This document shows, in pieces, positions 19,117 to 29,449 of a stretch of DNA of 64,000 nucleotides. A program made the position numbers and the translations under genes. This DNA is from Candidatus Babeliaceae bacterium. GTDB taxonomy: Bacteria > Babelota > Babeliae > Babelales > Babelaceae. The stretch's first letter is position 1, and each line of letters begins with the position of its first letter. The stretch is taken from positions 20,242 to 84,241 of the forward strand of contig JBAZVR010000003.1 of assembly GCA_041660765.1 (NCBI GenBank), in the 5' to 3' direction. The notes beneath the pieces were generated by a model. That model was not told the origin of the DNA and did not search any database. It saw nothing but the letters and a program-made list of their open reading frames with translations.

Positions 19117-20409
19117 TTACAAGCTGCCAACCGTTAAAAAATTTGATAATGCAAAAGTAAGTCGTGTTCCTAAAATATTTTGTGTAATAGGACCAAGCGT
19201 AAAAGATCTGTACGGCGAAAGAAGATGGTCAAAAGAATTATTGTTATTAATAATGTTTTCTGCGCTGTACATGCCTAGTGCAGTGGCCCACGGCAAGCCG
19301 GCCGCTGCTGCTATATAATAAACAGAAGCCATTGTTGCATCACGACCAGCCACAGGAAATAAATCTTTACTAATGCCAATGAGCCCAGGCCATATATATT
19401 CAAAGGTAATATCTACACTGGCAAATTTTTCATTAAAATAGCGCGAAAGTTTGCGCATAACATAAGCGTTGTTATGCTTTTCATGTTGTGCATAGGTATA
19501 TAATAAGCTAGCGCCACCAAGAAGCAGTCTGTTATCACTCGTCAGTCGATAATAGTGATAGACCATATCCGTATCCCATACCAAAAAATGCCGTTCAGGA
19601 AAAATTTTCTTAATCTGTTCTGGCGATAATGGTGCAGAAAGCGTAAGAAATGTTTGTGCATGATATATAAGATTTTTAAACGTTTCCAGCGATGCCGTAA
19701 AATGATCTGTGCATACAATAATATGTTCTGCTCGTACAGTTGCATACGGTGTCTTGACGATATGATCTTGAATATCAATAGTCGGCGTTTCTTCATATAT
19801 ATGAACGCCATTTTTTTGTAATACCTGCTTCATGCCATAACAATAACGATAGCCTTGTATGCTAAAGGTATCTGCATAGGTTACTGCACCCATATAACCA
19901 TGAGAACCAATAACTGTATGTAACTGATCTTGAGTATACAAAGTACTTGCATACTGTAATTGTTGTCGTGCGTTATGTTCTGCAGTAAGTGCTGATACAA
20001 ACGCACGCTGTGTATTTGCTACAACAAGTGTATCTTGCACCTGATAATCACAATCTAAATTATATTCTGTGATATTATTTTTAATCAGTGTGACTCCGGA
20101 AGTTATTAACTCCCATATTTTTTTTGCTTCAATTGCTCCATAAGAATCTATAAGACTGCGTAATGGTAGCTCTGAATCAGGCGTAATAAAACCAGAACTT
20201 TTTCCACTTGCGCCGGAGCCACAATAATTTTTTTCTAAAAGTGCGACCTTGAGGCCTTTTTTATGAAAACTTTGAGCCGCGGATAGCCCCGCCATTCCCC
20301 CACCTACAACAACCACGTCAGTCACAATATCTCTATCAAGTCGCTGAATGTTACGCTCATTGAGGTACCAAAAAACTTGATCTTGCGGTAAAGAAGACGA
20401 CATTTTCAT
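19117..20409 (-). CDS. FAD-dependent oxidoreductase (DAO-like family)
   Basis: Dinucleotide-binding motif VVVVGGGMAGLSAA...LEK. Start moved to ATG 20409 to avoid overlap with the upstream ORF. Confidence 0.8.
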   Translation of the reverse strand: MKMSSSLPQDQVFWYLNERNIQRLDRDIVTDVVVVGGGMAGLSAAQSFHKKGLKVALLEKNYCGSGASGKSSGFITPDSELPLRSLIDSYGAIEAKKIWELITSGVTLIKNNITEYNLDCDYQVQDTLVVANTQRAFVSALTAEHNARQQLQYASTLYTQDQLHTVIGSHGYMGAVTYADTFSIQGYRYCYGMKQVLQKNGVHIYEETPTIDIQDHIVKTPYATVRAEHIIVCTDHFTASLETFKNLIYHAQTFLTLSAPLSPEQIKKIFPERHFLVWDTDMVYHYYRLTSDNRLLLGGASLLYTYAQHEKHNNAYVMRKLSRYFNEKFASVDITFEYIWPGLIGISKDLFPVAGRDATMASVYYIAAAAGLPWATALGMYSAENIINNNNSFDHLLSPYRSFTLGPITQNILGTRLTFALSNFLTVGSL

Positions 20410-20419
20410 AGTATTACTT

Positions 20420-20944
20420 TCATAATGGATAAATAATTTTTTTCCCATGTACCTCAGCAAATGATGTCATCGTATGTGGTTTTGCTACCGTGAGGCTATA
20501 AATATCTTCAACTTCATAGTGACGTACCAATAAAGCATCGCCCAGTAATGATCGATGACAACGCCATGGTACCGCTTCAGCACACATAATGACAATCCTT
20601 TTTTTTTGTGCAAGCTCACTTAGCTTTTCAATAGCCTCTCCAAAATTTTCCGTTTGCATATAATCAGCAAATCAACGAAATGAACTATTATGCCACCCCA
20701 TATTAATGGAATCTGCATGCGAATGGCGCAATCCCCCTAAAGTACTCATATGTACATATCCAATTTTATGGTTTCGCAAAGCTATCTTTAAATGCTCTTC
20801 ATTAAATTGTGGGTTATGTCGTGATTTAGGAATAGTACGAACATCAATAACTTTTTGAATGCCAAATTTTTGCAAGATGCTTATAAAGTCAGGAAGTGTT
20901 CTTGTTGAGTGACCGATGGTAAATACAATAATTTTTTTAGCCAA
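20420..20944 (-). pseudogene. DUF488-family gene interrupted by a single in-frame TGA
   Basis: ORFs 20672..20944 and 20420..20659 are in the same frame and together form a full-length DUF488 protein (...GWHNSSFR-TGA-FADYMQT...CAEAVPWRCHRSLL...). The stop is at 20672-20674. Confidence 0.7.
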
Positions 20945-21046
20945 CGTTATATACCCGCTAAAAGAAAGTATTTATGTATGTAATACTATATGTCTTAAAA
21001 GAGTGATCGCCAAAAATATAAGTTTAAAATGTTCATTCTATTTTTT

Positions 21047-21556
21047 CTATTTTTTGCGTTGATAGAGGCCAATTAATTCGGCTTTTCCCAACACGTGTCC
21101 TTTAATCGCATCCAAAAGTTGTTCTTTAGTTGCCCCTTGGGCAAGATCGAGCTGTGTATCAAGTGCATATAAGGTAAAAAAATAACGGTGCGTGCCGCTT
21201 GGTGGACAGGGACCGCCATATTGTGGCGTAGAAAAGTCGGTAATACCTTGAGCAAAATTCCCTTTTTTAACACCTTCAGGAAGCGCGCGCATTTCTGCCG
21301 GTATATTAAAAACAACCCAGTGCACAAATGTTGTATGCGGCGCATCTGGATCATCAACAATCAGTGCAAAACTTTTTGTATTGTTGGGTACATTTTCCCA
21401 TTGCAATGCGGGAGAAATATTTTTTCCGTCGCATGTATAGTGTGATGGGATTTCTTTGTTGTGACTAAAATTTGGGCTTGTTAGTAACATGTTTTTCTCT
21501 TGCGCGTGTAAAAATATAATAATAAAAAATACATATAATTTTAATATTTTTTTCAT
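21047..21556 (-). CDS. YbhB/YbcL-family PEBP (Raf-kinase-inhibitor-like) protein, secreted
   Basis: Blocks DDPDAP, HWVVFNIP, GGPCPPSGTHRYFFTLYALD. Start placed at ATG 21556, giving a signal peptide (MKKILKLYVFFIIIFLHA). Confidence 0.85.
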   Translation of the reverse strand: MKKILKLYVFFIIIFLHAQEKNMLLTSPNFSHNKEIPSHYTCDGKNISPALQWENVPNNTKSFALIVDDPDAPHTTFVHWVVFNIPAEMRALPEGVKKGNFAQGITDFSTPQYGGPCPPSGTHRYFFTLYALDTQLDLAQGATKEQLLDAIKGHVLGKAELIGLYQRKK

Positions 21557-21633
21557 CGCTCTTGTACCTAACTGTTTACGCGCACGAGTGTTACTCATTA
21601 TTATAAGCAACACTCGTGTGAAAAATAATATTC

Positions 21634-21837
21634 TTATTTTTTCTTGCGCAACATTGGCAAGCCCGTGCGTTCATTTTCTATCACTTCATATCCCGCTGGC
21701 AGTGCATCAAGAGCGTTGCTCGCTTGTTCACCCGCAAAATAAAAAATAACTTGTTTGCGATCACCAGCTAGTTTTACTTCTTTGGAATGAAGATAATACA
21801 TTTTTCCACTTTTTTTAGATTTAACGCCATAAGCCAT
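21634..21837 (-). CDS. small conserved-looking hypothetical protein (67 aa)
   Basis: ORF directly downstream of the giant gene pair with a basic C-terminus. No family name recalled. Confidence 0.4.
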   Translation of the reverse strand: MAYGVKSKKSGKMYYLHSKEVKLAGDRKQVIFYFAGEQASNALDALPAGYEVIENERTGLPMLRKKK

Positions 21838-21916
21838 AAAAAACTCCGTGTTAATTAACCACTATAACTATCAATAACACATTAATTAATTAATAGAAAA
21901 AAATCTATAATTTTCT

Positions 21917-24900
21917 CTATCCGCGACCATATCTGTACCAACTATTTGCTGTTGTATTGTAATAATATGTAACCGATGCACCGTTAGCAGTTGACGAAAA
22001 GTTTGCTCCTGGATTTAATGTTGTTATAGGATTAACAATAGCTGCTCCGCCCGTACCAGCAGCATTATTGAGTGCTGTACTATTCGTAGATCCCTGCAAA
22101 ATAGTAAAAAATTGTCCATCAGTTGGGCTTGGTGGGAACGTAACCGTAAACCCAGCACCGCCTACGTTGGCAGCATTTTTTAAAATCAATATAGAGGTGC
22201 CACTTGCTGTTGTTACAGAACCACCAACGGTTGGTACTACTGATTGCAGCGCTTGATTGCATAATAAATTGGTCAAAATCAATTTTAAAATTGTTGTAAT
22301 AGCTGTTGGGCTAATATTCATCCCTTCAATGCCATTGGCATCAAGCGATAGGGTATTTGCAATTGCAGCCGAGAGCCCCGTGTTGGTACTGCCGGTAAAT
22401 TTTAATGCCGGTGATGCTGCGCTCCCTGCAGGAAGTATCAGCGTACCCGTCATCGTGTCCCCAGCTTTGAGCACATTCAGCGATGCTGCACCGGTTACAT
22501 TCCCTAGTAATGCTCCGGTAATAGTACCTGCCGAAAAATCTCCTGATGCATTTCGTAATACAATCGTGTTTGGCGTATTGGAACTTGAGATGCTCGCCAG
22601 ACTTGCGTTGCTGATAGTCCCAGGAGTAATGTCACTATTCACAATCAGCGAGCTTGATAATACACCAAGAGCACTACTATGCACTACGCCGGCTGTGCCA
22701 GTAAAATTATCAACAGTAATATTCCCACTCGAATTAATATTTATAGCCTCTGTACTATTAACATCAAAAGAAAGTGTGTTCGGTACTGGCGCAGAAAGTC
22801 CCGTGTTGGTACTTCCAGAAAATTTTAATGTCGGTGATGCTGCAGTACCTGCAGGTAACGTCAAAGCGCCAGTCATGGTGTCTCCGGCTTTAAGCACATT
22901 AAGTGCCGCAGCGCCAGAAAAACTTGCGGTAATAGTGCCTGCAGCAAAATTGCCCGATGCATCACGGGCAACAATAGCATTTGCCGTATTGGCACTGGTT
23001 GCCGTTGTTGCAGAATTTGCAACTTTGCCGGCAGTAAAAATAGTTGCAAGCTTTATGTCATCAATAGCAGCTGAATTGCTCACGTCTGCGTTAATAATTA
23101 ATGAGCTTGTTAAGTTGCCCGATACATCATTATGTACAACACCCGCAGGCGTTAAATCATTTATAGAAACGGTGCCGGCAGAAGATATTTTCATGCGTTC
23201 TAGTCCAGACGTACTCAAAGACAACGCACTACTATTTGCTGATAATCCTGTTGTCGTGCTACCGGTGAATATTAATGCAGGGGCTGCCGTTGTTCCTGCC
23301 GGTAACTGTAATGTGCCAGTCATAGAACCACCAGCTGTTGAAAGTTTGCTATCCAATTGTGCTTGGACCCCAGACGTTACGCCAGCCAAGAAATTCAATT
23401 CAGCTGCTGTCGTAGTGCTAGAAACAAGTTGACTACTGCCATCAGTTGCAACGGCTCTATTTGCAGTTAGGCCTCCAACAATAAGATTGCCATCGGTTTT
23501 TAATATTCCAGCAGCACTGCGATATACATTGGTATCTGCTGCAAATACAATTTGCGTATTTGCAGTGGGTAACTGTACTTTATTATTTACGCCATCAAGT
23601 TGCATAACCGTATATTCTGGAATAGCAATTTGACCAAAAACATCGCTATTTTGATAACTAAAAGAAAGCTCAGCGCTGGTCGCATTTTTATTGATATCCC
23701 AGCCGCGCAAAGCACCTGTAGTACCAACAGGAGATGCTGTATCAGACACCAAGCGCACGCCCGCAACTTTTGTTCTATCGGTTGTTATTGCCGTTACATC
23801 TGCACCACTATTAGATTGAACAAAAAGTGTCGATGGATTTTGTGCAGGATTTGTATAGCCCATGCCGCGAGTTGCATACAACGATGACTTGTAATTAAAA
23901 CTTGGAACATTTGCTGTAGATATAGCGGCTTCTAACAAGTTAATATTTGTATCAGATAGCGGCCCGATATTGAGTACGTTCTGAGAATCAAGATCGAAAA
24001 ATGCAAGGGTCACATTGGCGGAATTATTAATGGCAATTTTAGTACTCGAAGCAGAACTAGATGTGAATATTAACGATGATGTTCCCTGCTGTATAATATC
24101 ATTTACGCAATTTGCAATGAAAAGGCTAGACGCGGATACTTGAGTTGAAGATGTGTCTCCAGGATTGCCTATAATCAGCCCGTTTCTATAACCATTGATC
24201 TCTGAACCAGTAAGTGTAACAACTGCTTGATTAGTTATTGTCACTGCTGTCGAATTAATAGCCGGCCCGCTATAGTTGAATATGCATCCAGCGATAACGG
24301 CTGATGTTCCTGCACCAGATGCTTGAATATTAATAAGAGTTGCTGCCGTATTAATTGGGGCAAAAGAACATGCTTCTAAGGTGAGTTGCGCGCCTGTTGC
24401 AGCTATAACAGCATTAGTATTGATACTTAAAAATGTTGATCGCATAGCGAGAAGCGCATTATTACTTACCGTAAAGCCAGTTGTACATTGCGTACACAAA
24501 CCATCAGAAAATAATACCTGTGCGCCAGAACCGGTTACCGATACTCCTGTATTCGCTGGTGTTGTTGTCGGAGAGCCTTCTATCTTGCAACTGCTACATA
24601 TTAATTCAACATTATTGACATCAAGAGCCGTTCCGTTACCAACAAAAAGGCACAGATCAAATATATTGGTATTACTTGTTCCTGCGCACGACACGCCCGT
24701 ATTAAAATTAAAAATAATTACTGATGTAAAATTAGTGAGCGCGCCTGTACCGGCAAGAGAAATCGCACGCGCTGTTGATACGCCTCCTGACTGAAATGTC
24801 AGATTCAAAAATTGCACGCCAACTGTTGTAGAAATAAGATCATTGGATAATGTGTTTGGTTGTATAATTACCGTATCTGATGCATCACCCACAATTGCAA

Positions 24901-27900
24901 TACCACCTGCGGTGATAGCTATCGGCCCAGCGCTATTGTCTTCTGTATACACACCGGAGCTCATAAGAATAGCAACAGGATTAGCAGTTGATGCAAGCGT
25001 ATTTGCAACACTTACTGCTTTTGCAAGACTTGCATACGGGCTTGAAAAAGTACCGTTACCCGTGACATCATTACCCGCTTTTGTTACGTAAATAGTTCTG
25101 CTCGTTGCAGGAACAACGCTACCACCAAGAGTGAACCACTCCAATTGTGTTGGTGTTATTGCATTTGCTTGTAATACTTGTCGCGCGGTAGGCGTTGCAG
25201 CGGGCAATGACAATGTATAACTCGAAGTCACCGATGCCGGACCATTAAGCCCGACATAATTGACGCCGGCAAGATCTTGCAAACGCACGGCATTTGCATT
25301 AGCCATCGTGAGATTGCCGGTCATAGTATCACCGGCTTTGAGCACATTGAGTGATGCTGCGCCAACTAATGCTGCAGTAATAGTCCCTGCAGAAAAATTA
25401 CCAGATCCATCACGCGCAACAATGGTACCTGCCACATTAGCACCTGTTGCGTCAGTTGCTAGCGTAACATCGTCAGTATTATTAGTGATGACCATATGTG
25501 GGCCGGCTGCGAGTGTTTTGAAGTTAAGCGTATTGCCTGTTTTATCGCGGAAAATTTGTCCAGCGCCGGTGCCAACGTTTGCGCCCGTGGTTTGAGTAGC
25601 AAGAGAAAATTGTGTAAATGCTATAGGATCCGTGTCAATCACCGCCAGCGGCGTACTACACAGCCAACTTGATCCGCCATTATTTGTTCCTGATGTAATT
25701 AAGACATATGCTCGACCAGCTAACGTACCTGTTGCAAAATCTGCAGGCCGTGTCCATGCACCGGCTTGAGCAAGCCAGAGGCCGTTTTGTGTAGTAGTGC
25801 TTTGCCCGACAAGTAATACACGGTTATTAGCTGCTAATGGAACACTATCAATCGTATATAATCCCGTTATAGGAGTGTCTGTGGTGCTGACAACCAGAGC
25901 CGGTGTTTTGACAACAAAACCCAATCCTGCCACCAAATCAACATATGCTTTTGTTGCAGCATCAGTCGGATTACTTACTGTTCCATCAAGCGTGATCATA
26001 TTTGTAGCAAAATTACCTGCAAGATCACGTACCACAATATTGCCTGGAGTATCTGTGCTGGAAATTGTCGCCAGACTTGCATTACTAATAGTTCCAGGAG
26101 TAATGTCACTATTAACAATCAGCGAGCTGGTTAATACACCGAGTGCGCTATTATGTACTACGCCTGCCGTACCCGTAAAATTATTAACCGTTATATTCCC
26201 ACTTGATGCAATATTAAGTGCTTCAGTGCCATTAACATCAAAAGAAAGTGCATCTACTGTTGGAGATGAAAGCCCTGTGTTGATGCTGCCAGAAAATTTT
26301 AATGCAGGCGATGCTGCAGTGCCTGCTGGCAACGTCAACGCGCCCGTCATGGTGTCCCCAGATTTGAGCACATTAAGTGATGCCGCACCAACAAGCGTTG
26401 CCGTTATAGTGCCCGCAGAAAAATTATTAGATCCATCACGTTCAACAATAGTATTTGCACCAAGGCCACTCGTTGCTGTTGTTGCAGAATTTGCAACTTT
26501 GCCGGAACTTGAAATAGTGGCAAGCTTGCCATCTACTATTGCAGCAGAATTACTGACATCTGCATTAACAATCAGAGAGCTCGATAAATCACCCGATACA
26601 TCATTATGCACAACACCAGCAGGTGTCAGATTGTTAATAGATACTGTTCCGCCGGAAGATATTTTCATGCGTTCTAGTCCAGATGTGCTCAAAGACAAAT
26701 TGCCCAAACTTGCAGAAAGACCAGTTGTTGTGCTACCGGTAAATACTAATGCCGGGGCTGCTGTTGTCCCTGCGGGTAATTGCAACGTGCCGGTCATGGT
26801 GTCACCAGCTTTTGCAACTTTGCCATTAAGCTGCGTTTGTATATCAGATGTTGTGCCCACCAAAAAGTCTAATTCCGCCGCTGTTGTAGAGCTAGAAACT
26901 AATTGGCTGCTGCCGTTGGTTGCAACGGCTCTGTTTGCTGTTAACCCGCCAACAATCAGATTGCCATCGGTTTTGAGTGTATTTGCAGCGCCGCGATATA
27001 AATTGGTATCAGCGTCTAATACAATTTTTGTATTTACATTAGGCAATTGCACTTGGTTATTTTCTCCATCCAACTGCAAAATGGTGTACAGTGGCGTAAC
27101 ACCAAGAGCAAAAATATCACTATTTTGGTAATCAAATGCGAGCTCTGCCGTTGTTCCAATTTTATTAATATCCCATCCGCGCAGCGCAGTTGTCCCACCA
27201 ACAGGAGATGCTGTGTCAGACACCAAGCGAATGCCTGCAACTTTTGTTCTGTCCGTTGTTATTGCTGTTACATGCACATCATTATTGGCTATTGCAGATA
27301 ACGTTGATGCATTTGCGGAAGGATTTTCAAAACCAATCGACTGTGTTGAATAAATTGATGGGAAGTACACAAACTCAGGATTATTTGTTGTCCCAATAGC
27401 GGCTTGTATTAACTGGGTACGTACATTACTGAGTGACCCAATATTTAAACTGTTATTGTCATCCAAATCAAAAAAAGCTAAATCTACATTAGTCGAATTG
27501 GCGATGCTTATTTTGCTACTTGTAGCAGTGCCAGAAGTAAACACCAGCGTTGAGCTACCCTGTTGAATAATATCATTGGTACAATCTACAATAGAAAGAC
27601 TTGAAGCACTTAATTGTGTTGATAATGTATCGCCAGGATCACCAATAACAAGTGCATTTTGATAACCATTAATCTCTGAGCCGATCACCCTAAAAACTGC
27701 TTGATTGGTCACTTTTATTGCTGTTGAATTGATTGCTGGACCAACATAATTAAATATGCATCCAGCAGCAATAGCCAATGTACCTACACCAGATGCTTGA
27801 ATACTAGTAATAGTCCCCGCTGAGTTAACCGGCGCAAATGAGCATGCTTGTATATTAAGTTGCGCTCCCGTTGCAACCACTATAGCATCTGTATTAGTCG

Positions 27901-29446
27901 AAAAAGCTGTTGCTTTTCCAGCAAAATTCGCAGAATTATTTATATTAAACCCAGTAGTACACTGTACGCATAAACCATCGGCAAAGAGTACTTGAGCGCT
28001 AGCTCCGGTTGCCATTACTCCCGTATTTGCCGGTGTAGTGGTTGGGGAACCTTCTATTTTGCAGCTGCTGCATGCAACTTGTACATTATTAATATTAAGC
28101 GCCGTCCCATTTCCAATAAAAATGCACAGATCAAATGTATTGATATTATTTGTTCCCGCACATAATACACCTGTATTAAAATTCAAAAACGTTACTGATG
28201 TAAAATTACTTGTATTATTAGTGCCAGCAAGATCAACTGCCGCCGCTGTTGATACGCCACCTGACTCAAACGTCAAAGTAGAAAACTGCACGCCTTCTAT
28301 TGCAGAAATAAGATCATTGGATAATGTATTTGGTTGTATGATAACACCACTTGGTGAAGCACCAATCACCGAAATGCCATTGGCAGTAATAGCGATTGGG
28401 CCAGCGCTATTATTTTCTATATAGACGCCAGAGCTGATAAGAATAGCAACAGGGTCAGAGCTTGTTGCAAGGCCGTTTGCAACGTCAACAGCCTTATCAA
28501 GACTTGCGTATGGTGTTGCGTACGATCCATCACCTGTTACATCATTGCCAAATTTTGCAACATAAATAGATCTACTATTGACTGGTAGAACGCTCGAACC
28601 TTGAGTTACCCACTCTAAATTGGTAGGTGTTATTGAATTTGTACGTAATAATTGATGACCTATCGGCGTTGCTGATGGGAATGATAAGGTATAACTGGAT
28701 GCAACAGATGCTGGTCCATTAAGCCCAACATAATTTACCGCAGCACCATCTTGTAAGCGAATGGCATTTTGCGTAGCCATGGTAAGATTGCCGGTCATGG
28801 TATCACCAGACTTGAGCACATTCAGTGATGATGAACCAACTACGTTTGCATTAACCGTAGTTGCTGTTAAAGAATTTATTCCCGCAATATTATTACTATT
28901 ATCAAGCGTAACGTTAGATTGTTTTATATCATCTACGCCACTTAATAAATCTGTCCTCACGCGTGCATTGTCTGTGGTAAAATTTAATGCGGTTGAGACA
29001 TTCCCGCCGCCTGCAGGCGTTGCATATACCAAATTGCCAGCGCCATCACTTGCAAGAAAAGTATTAACAGCACCAACAATGCTTGGCCACGCAACGGTGT
29101 TACCATTTTTTGTAATGCCATTAAGCGTAACATTGCCGAAATTATCGATAAGTACCGAAGAATTTTCTAGCAGCGTGCCTGAAGTATCGCCAAAGCGAGG
29201 CACTGCATTAAGTGTTGATGGTGACGGGCCCGTTACCGTACCGCCGCCAACAATACTAGAGGCAATAATTTTGCCATGAACAAACAAATCACCAACAATC
29301 GATGCATTACCAAGAACCAAAAGATCTTGTGCTCGCAATCCAGTCAGCACCGTAACATGCTGAAATGTTTTGTCTTTTGGTGTTCCACACGTTGTCCATG
29401 TTGATAAAGAAAAAATTGTTAACGTTGCCAATCTCAGGTAATTCAT
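21917..29446 (-). CDS. giant (2509 aa) secreted mosaic protein with tail-fibre-like repeats and beta-helix-like modules
   Basis: Uninterrupted ORF with a signal-like N-terminus. Contains two modules starting SR.IYV.K.GNDVTG.G...PYASL.KAV.VAN (about 28590 and about 25110), GDTMTG repeats, an internal NPTDAATKAYVD knob (about 25595-25985) and a C-terminal domain ending WYRYGRG. Confidence 0.9.
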   Translation of the reverse strand: MNYLRLATLTIFSLSTWTTCGTPKDKTFQHVTVLTGLRAQDLLVLGNASIVGDLFVHGKIIASSIVGGGTVTGPSPSTLNAVPRFGDTSGTLLENSSVLIDNFGNVTLNGITKNGNTVAWPSIVGAVNTFLASDGAGNLVYATPAGGGNVSTALNFTTDNARVRTDLLSGVDDIKQSNVTLDNSNNIAGINSLTATTVNANVVGSSSLNVLKSGDTMTGNLTMATQNAIRLQDGAAVNYVGLNGPASVASSYTLSFPSATPIGHQLLRTNSITPTNLEWVTQGSSVLPVNSRSIYVAKFGNDVTGDGSYATPYASLDKAVDVANGLATSSDPVAILISSGVYIENNSAGPIAITANGISVIGASPSGVIIQPNTLSNDLISAIEGVQFSTLTFESGGVSTAAAVDLAGTNNTSNFTSVTFLNFNTGVLCAGTNNINTFDLCIFIGNGTALNINNVQVACSSCKIEGSPTTTPANTGVMATGASAQVLFADGLCVQCTTGFNINNSANFAGKATAFSTNTDAIVVATGAQLNIQACSFAPVNSAGTITSIQASGVGTLAIAAGCIFNYVGPAINSTAIKVTNQAVFRVIGSEINGYQNALVIGDPGDTLSTQLSASSLSIVDCTNDIIQQGSSTLVFTSGTATSSKISIANSTNVDLAFFDLDDNNSLNIGSLSNVRTQLIQAAIGTTNNPEFVYFPSIYSTQSIGFENPSANASTLSAIANNDVHVTAITTDRTKVAGIRLVSDTASPVGGTTALRGWDINKIGTTAELAFDYQNSDIFALGVTPLYTILQLDGENNQVQLPNVNTKIVLDADTNLYRGAANTLKTDGNLIVGGLTANRAVATNGSSQLVSSSTTAAELDFLVGTTSDIQTQLNGKVAKAGDTMTGTLQLPAGTTAAPALVFTGSTTTGLSASLGNLSLSTSGLERMKISSGGTVSINNLTPAGVVHNDVSGDLSSSLIVNADVSNSAAIVDGKLATISSSGKVANSATTATSGLGANTIVERDGSNNFSAGTITATLVGAASLNVLKSGDTMTGALTLPAGTAASPALKFSGSINTGLSSPTVDALSFDVNGTEALNIASSGNITVNNFTGTAGVVHNSALGVLTSSLIVNSDITPGTISNASLATISSTDTPGNIVVRDLAGNFATNMITLDGTVSNPTDAATKAYVDLVAGLGFVVKTPALVVSTTDTPITGLYTIDSVPLAANNRVLLVGQSTTTQNGLWLAQAGAWTRPADFATGTLAGRAYVLITSGTNNGGSSWLCSTPLAVIDTDPIAFTQFSLATQTTGANVGTGAGQIFRDKTGNTLNFKTLAAGPHMVITNNTDDVTLATDATGANVAGTIVARDGSGNFSAGTITAALVGAASLNVLKAGDTMTGNLTMANANAVRLQDLAGVNYVGLNGPASVTSSYTLSLPAATPTARQVLQANAITPTQLEWFTLGGSVVPATSRTIYVTKAGNDVTGNGTFSSPYASLAKAVSVANTLASTANPVAILMSSGVYTEDNSAGPIAITAGGIAIVGDASDTVIIQPNTLSNDLISTTVGVQFLNLTFQSGGVSTARAISLAGTGALTNFTSVIIFNFNTGVSCAGTSNTNIFDLCLFVGNGTALDVNNVELICSSCKIEGSPTTTPANTGVSVTGSGAQVLFSDGLCTQCTTGFTVSNNALLAMRSTFLSINTNAVIAATGAQLTLEACSFAPINTAATLINIQASGAGTSAVIAGCIFNYSGPAINSTAVTITNQAVVTLTGSEINGYRNGLIIGNPGDTSSTQVSASSLFIANCVNDIIQQGTSSLIFTSSSASSTKIAINNSANVTLAFFDLDSQNVLNIGPLSDTNINLLEAAISTANVPSFNYKSSLYATRGMGYTNPAQNPSTLFVQSNSGADVTAITTDRTKVAGVRLVSDTASPVGTTGALRGWDINKNATSAELSFSYQNSDVFGQIAIPEYTVMQLDGVNNKVQLPTANTQIVFAADTNVYRSAAGILKTDGNLIVGGLTANRAVATDGSSQLVSSTTTAAELNFLAGVTSGVQAQLDSKLSTAGGSMTGTLQLPAGTTAAPALIFTGSTTTGLSANSSALSLSTSGLERMKISSAGTVSINDLTPAGVVHNDVSGNLTSSLIINADVSNSAAIDDIKLATIFTAGKVANSATTATSANTANAIVARDASGNFAAGTITASFSGAAALNVLKAGDTMTGALTLPAGTAASPTLKFSGSTNTGLSAPVPNTLSFDVNSTEAININSSGNITVDNFTGTAGVVHSSALGVLSSSLIVNSDITPGTISNASLASISSSNTPNTIVLRNASGDFSAGTITGALLGNVTGAASLNVLKAGDTMTGTLILPAGSAASPALKFTGSTNTGLSAAIANTLSLDANGIEGMNISPTAITTILKLILTNLLCNQALQSVVPTVGGSVTTASGTSILILKNAANVGGAGFTVTFPPSPTDGQFFTILQGSTNSTALNNAAGTGGAAIVNPITTLNPGANFSSTANGASVTYYYNTTANSWYRYGRG
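25560..26500 (-). repeat. near-identical block shared with 34955-35895 (inter-paralog)
   Basis: Direct comparison at an offset of 9396 nt shows only scattered mismatches. One run of over 200 nt (about 26110-26335 vs 35506-35731) has a single difference. Flanking homologous sequence is visibly more diverged. Confidence 0.85.
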
Positions 29447-29449
29447 TTT

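Noticed and set aside
20669-20677. Alternative genetic code (UGA as Gly or Trp) suggested by the in-frame TGA in the DUF488 gene
   Set aside because: TGA acts as a sensible stop elsewhere in the window. Examples are 6715-6717, which overlaps the smpB ATG as ATGA, and 59889-59891 at the end of a family-B gene. All other conserved genes read through without TGA. A single nonsense mutation or sequencing error is more parsimonious.
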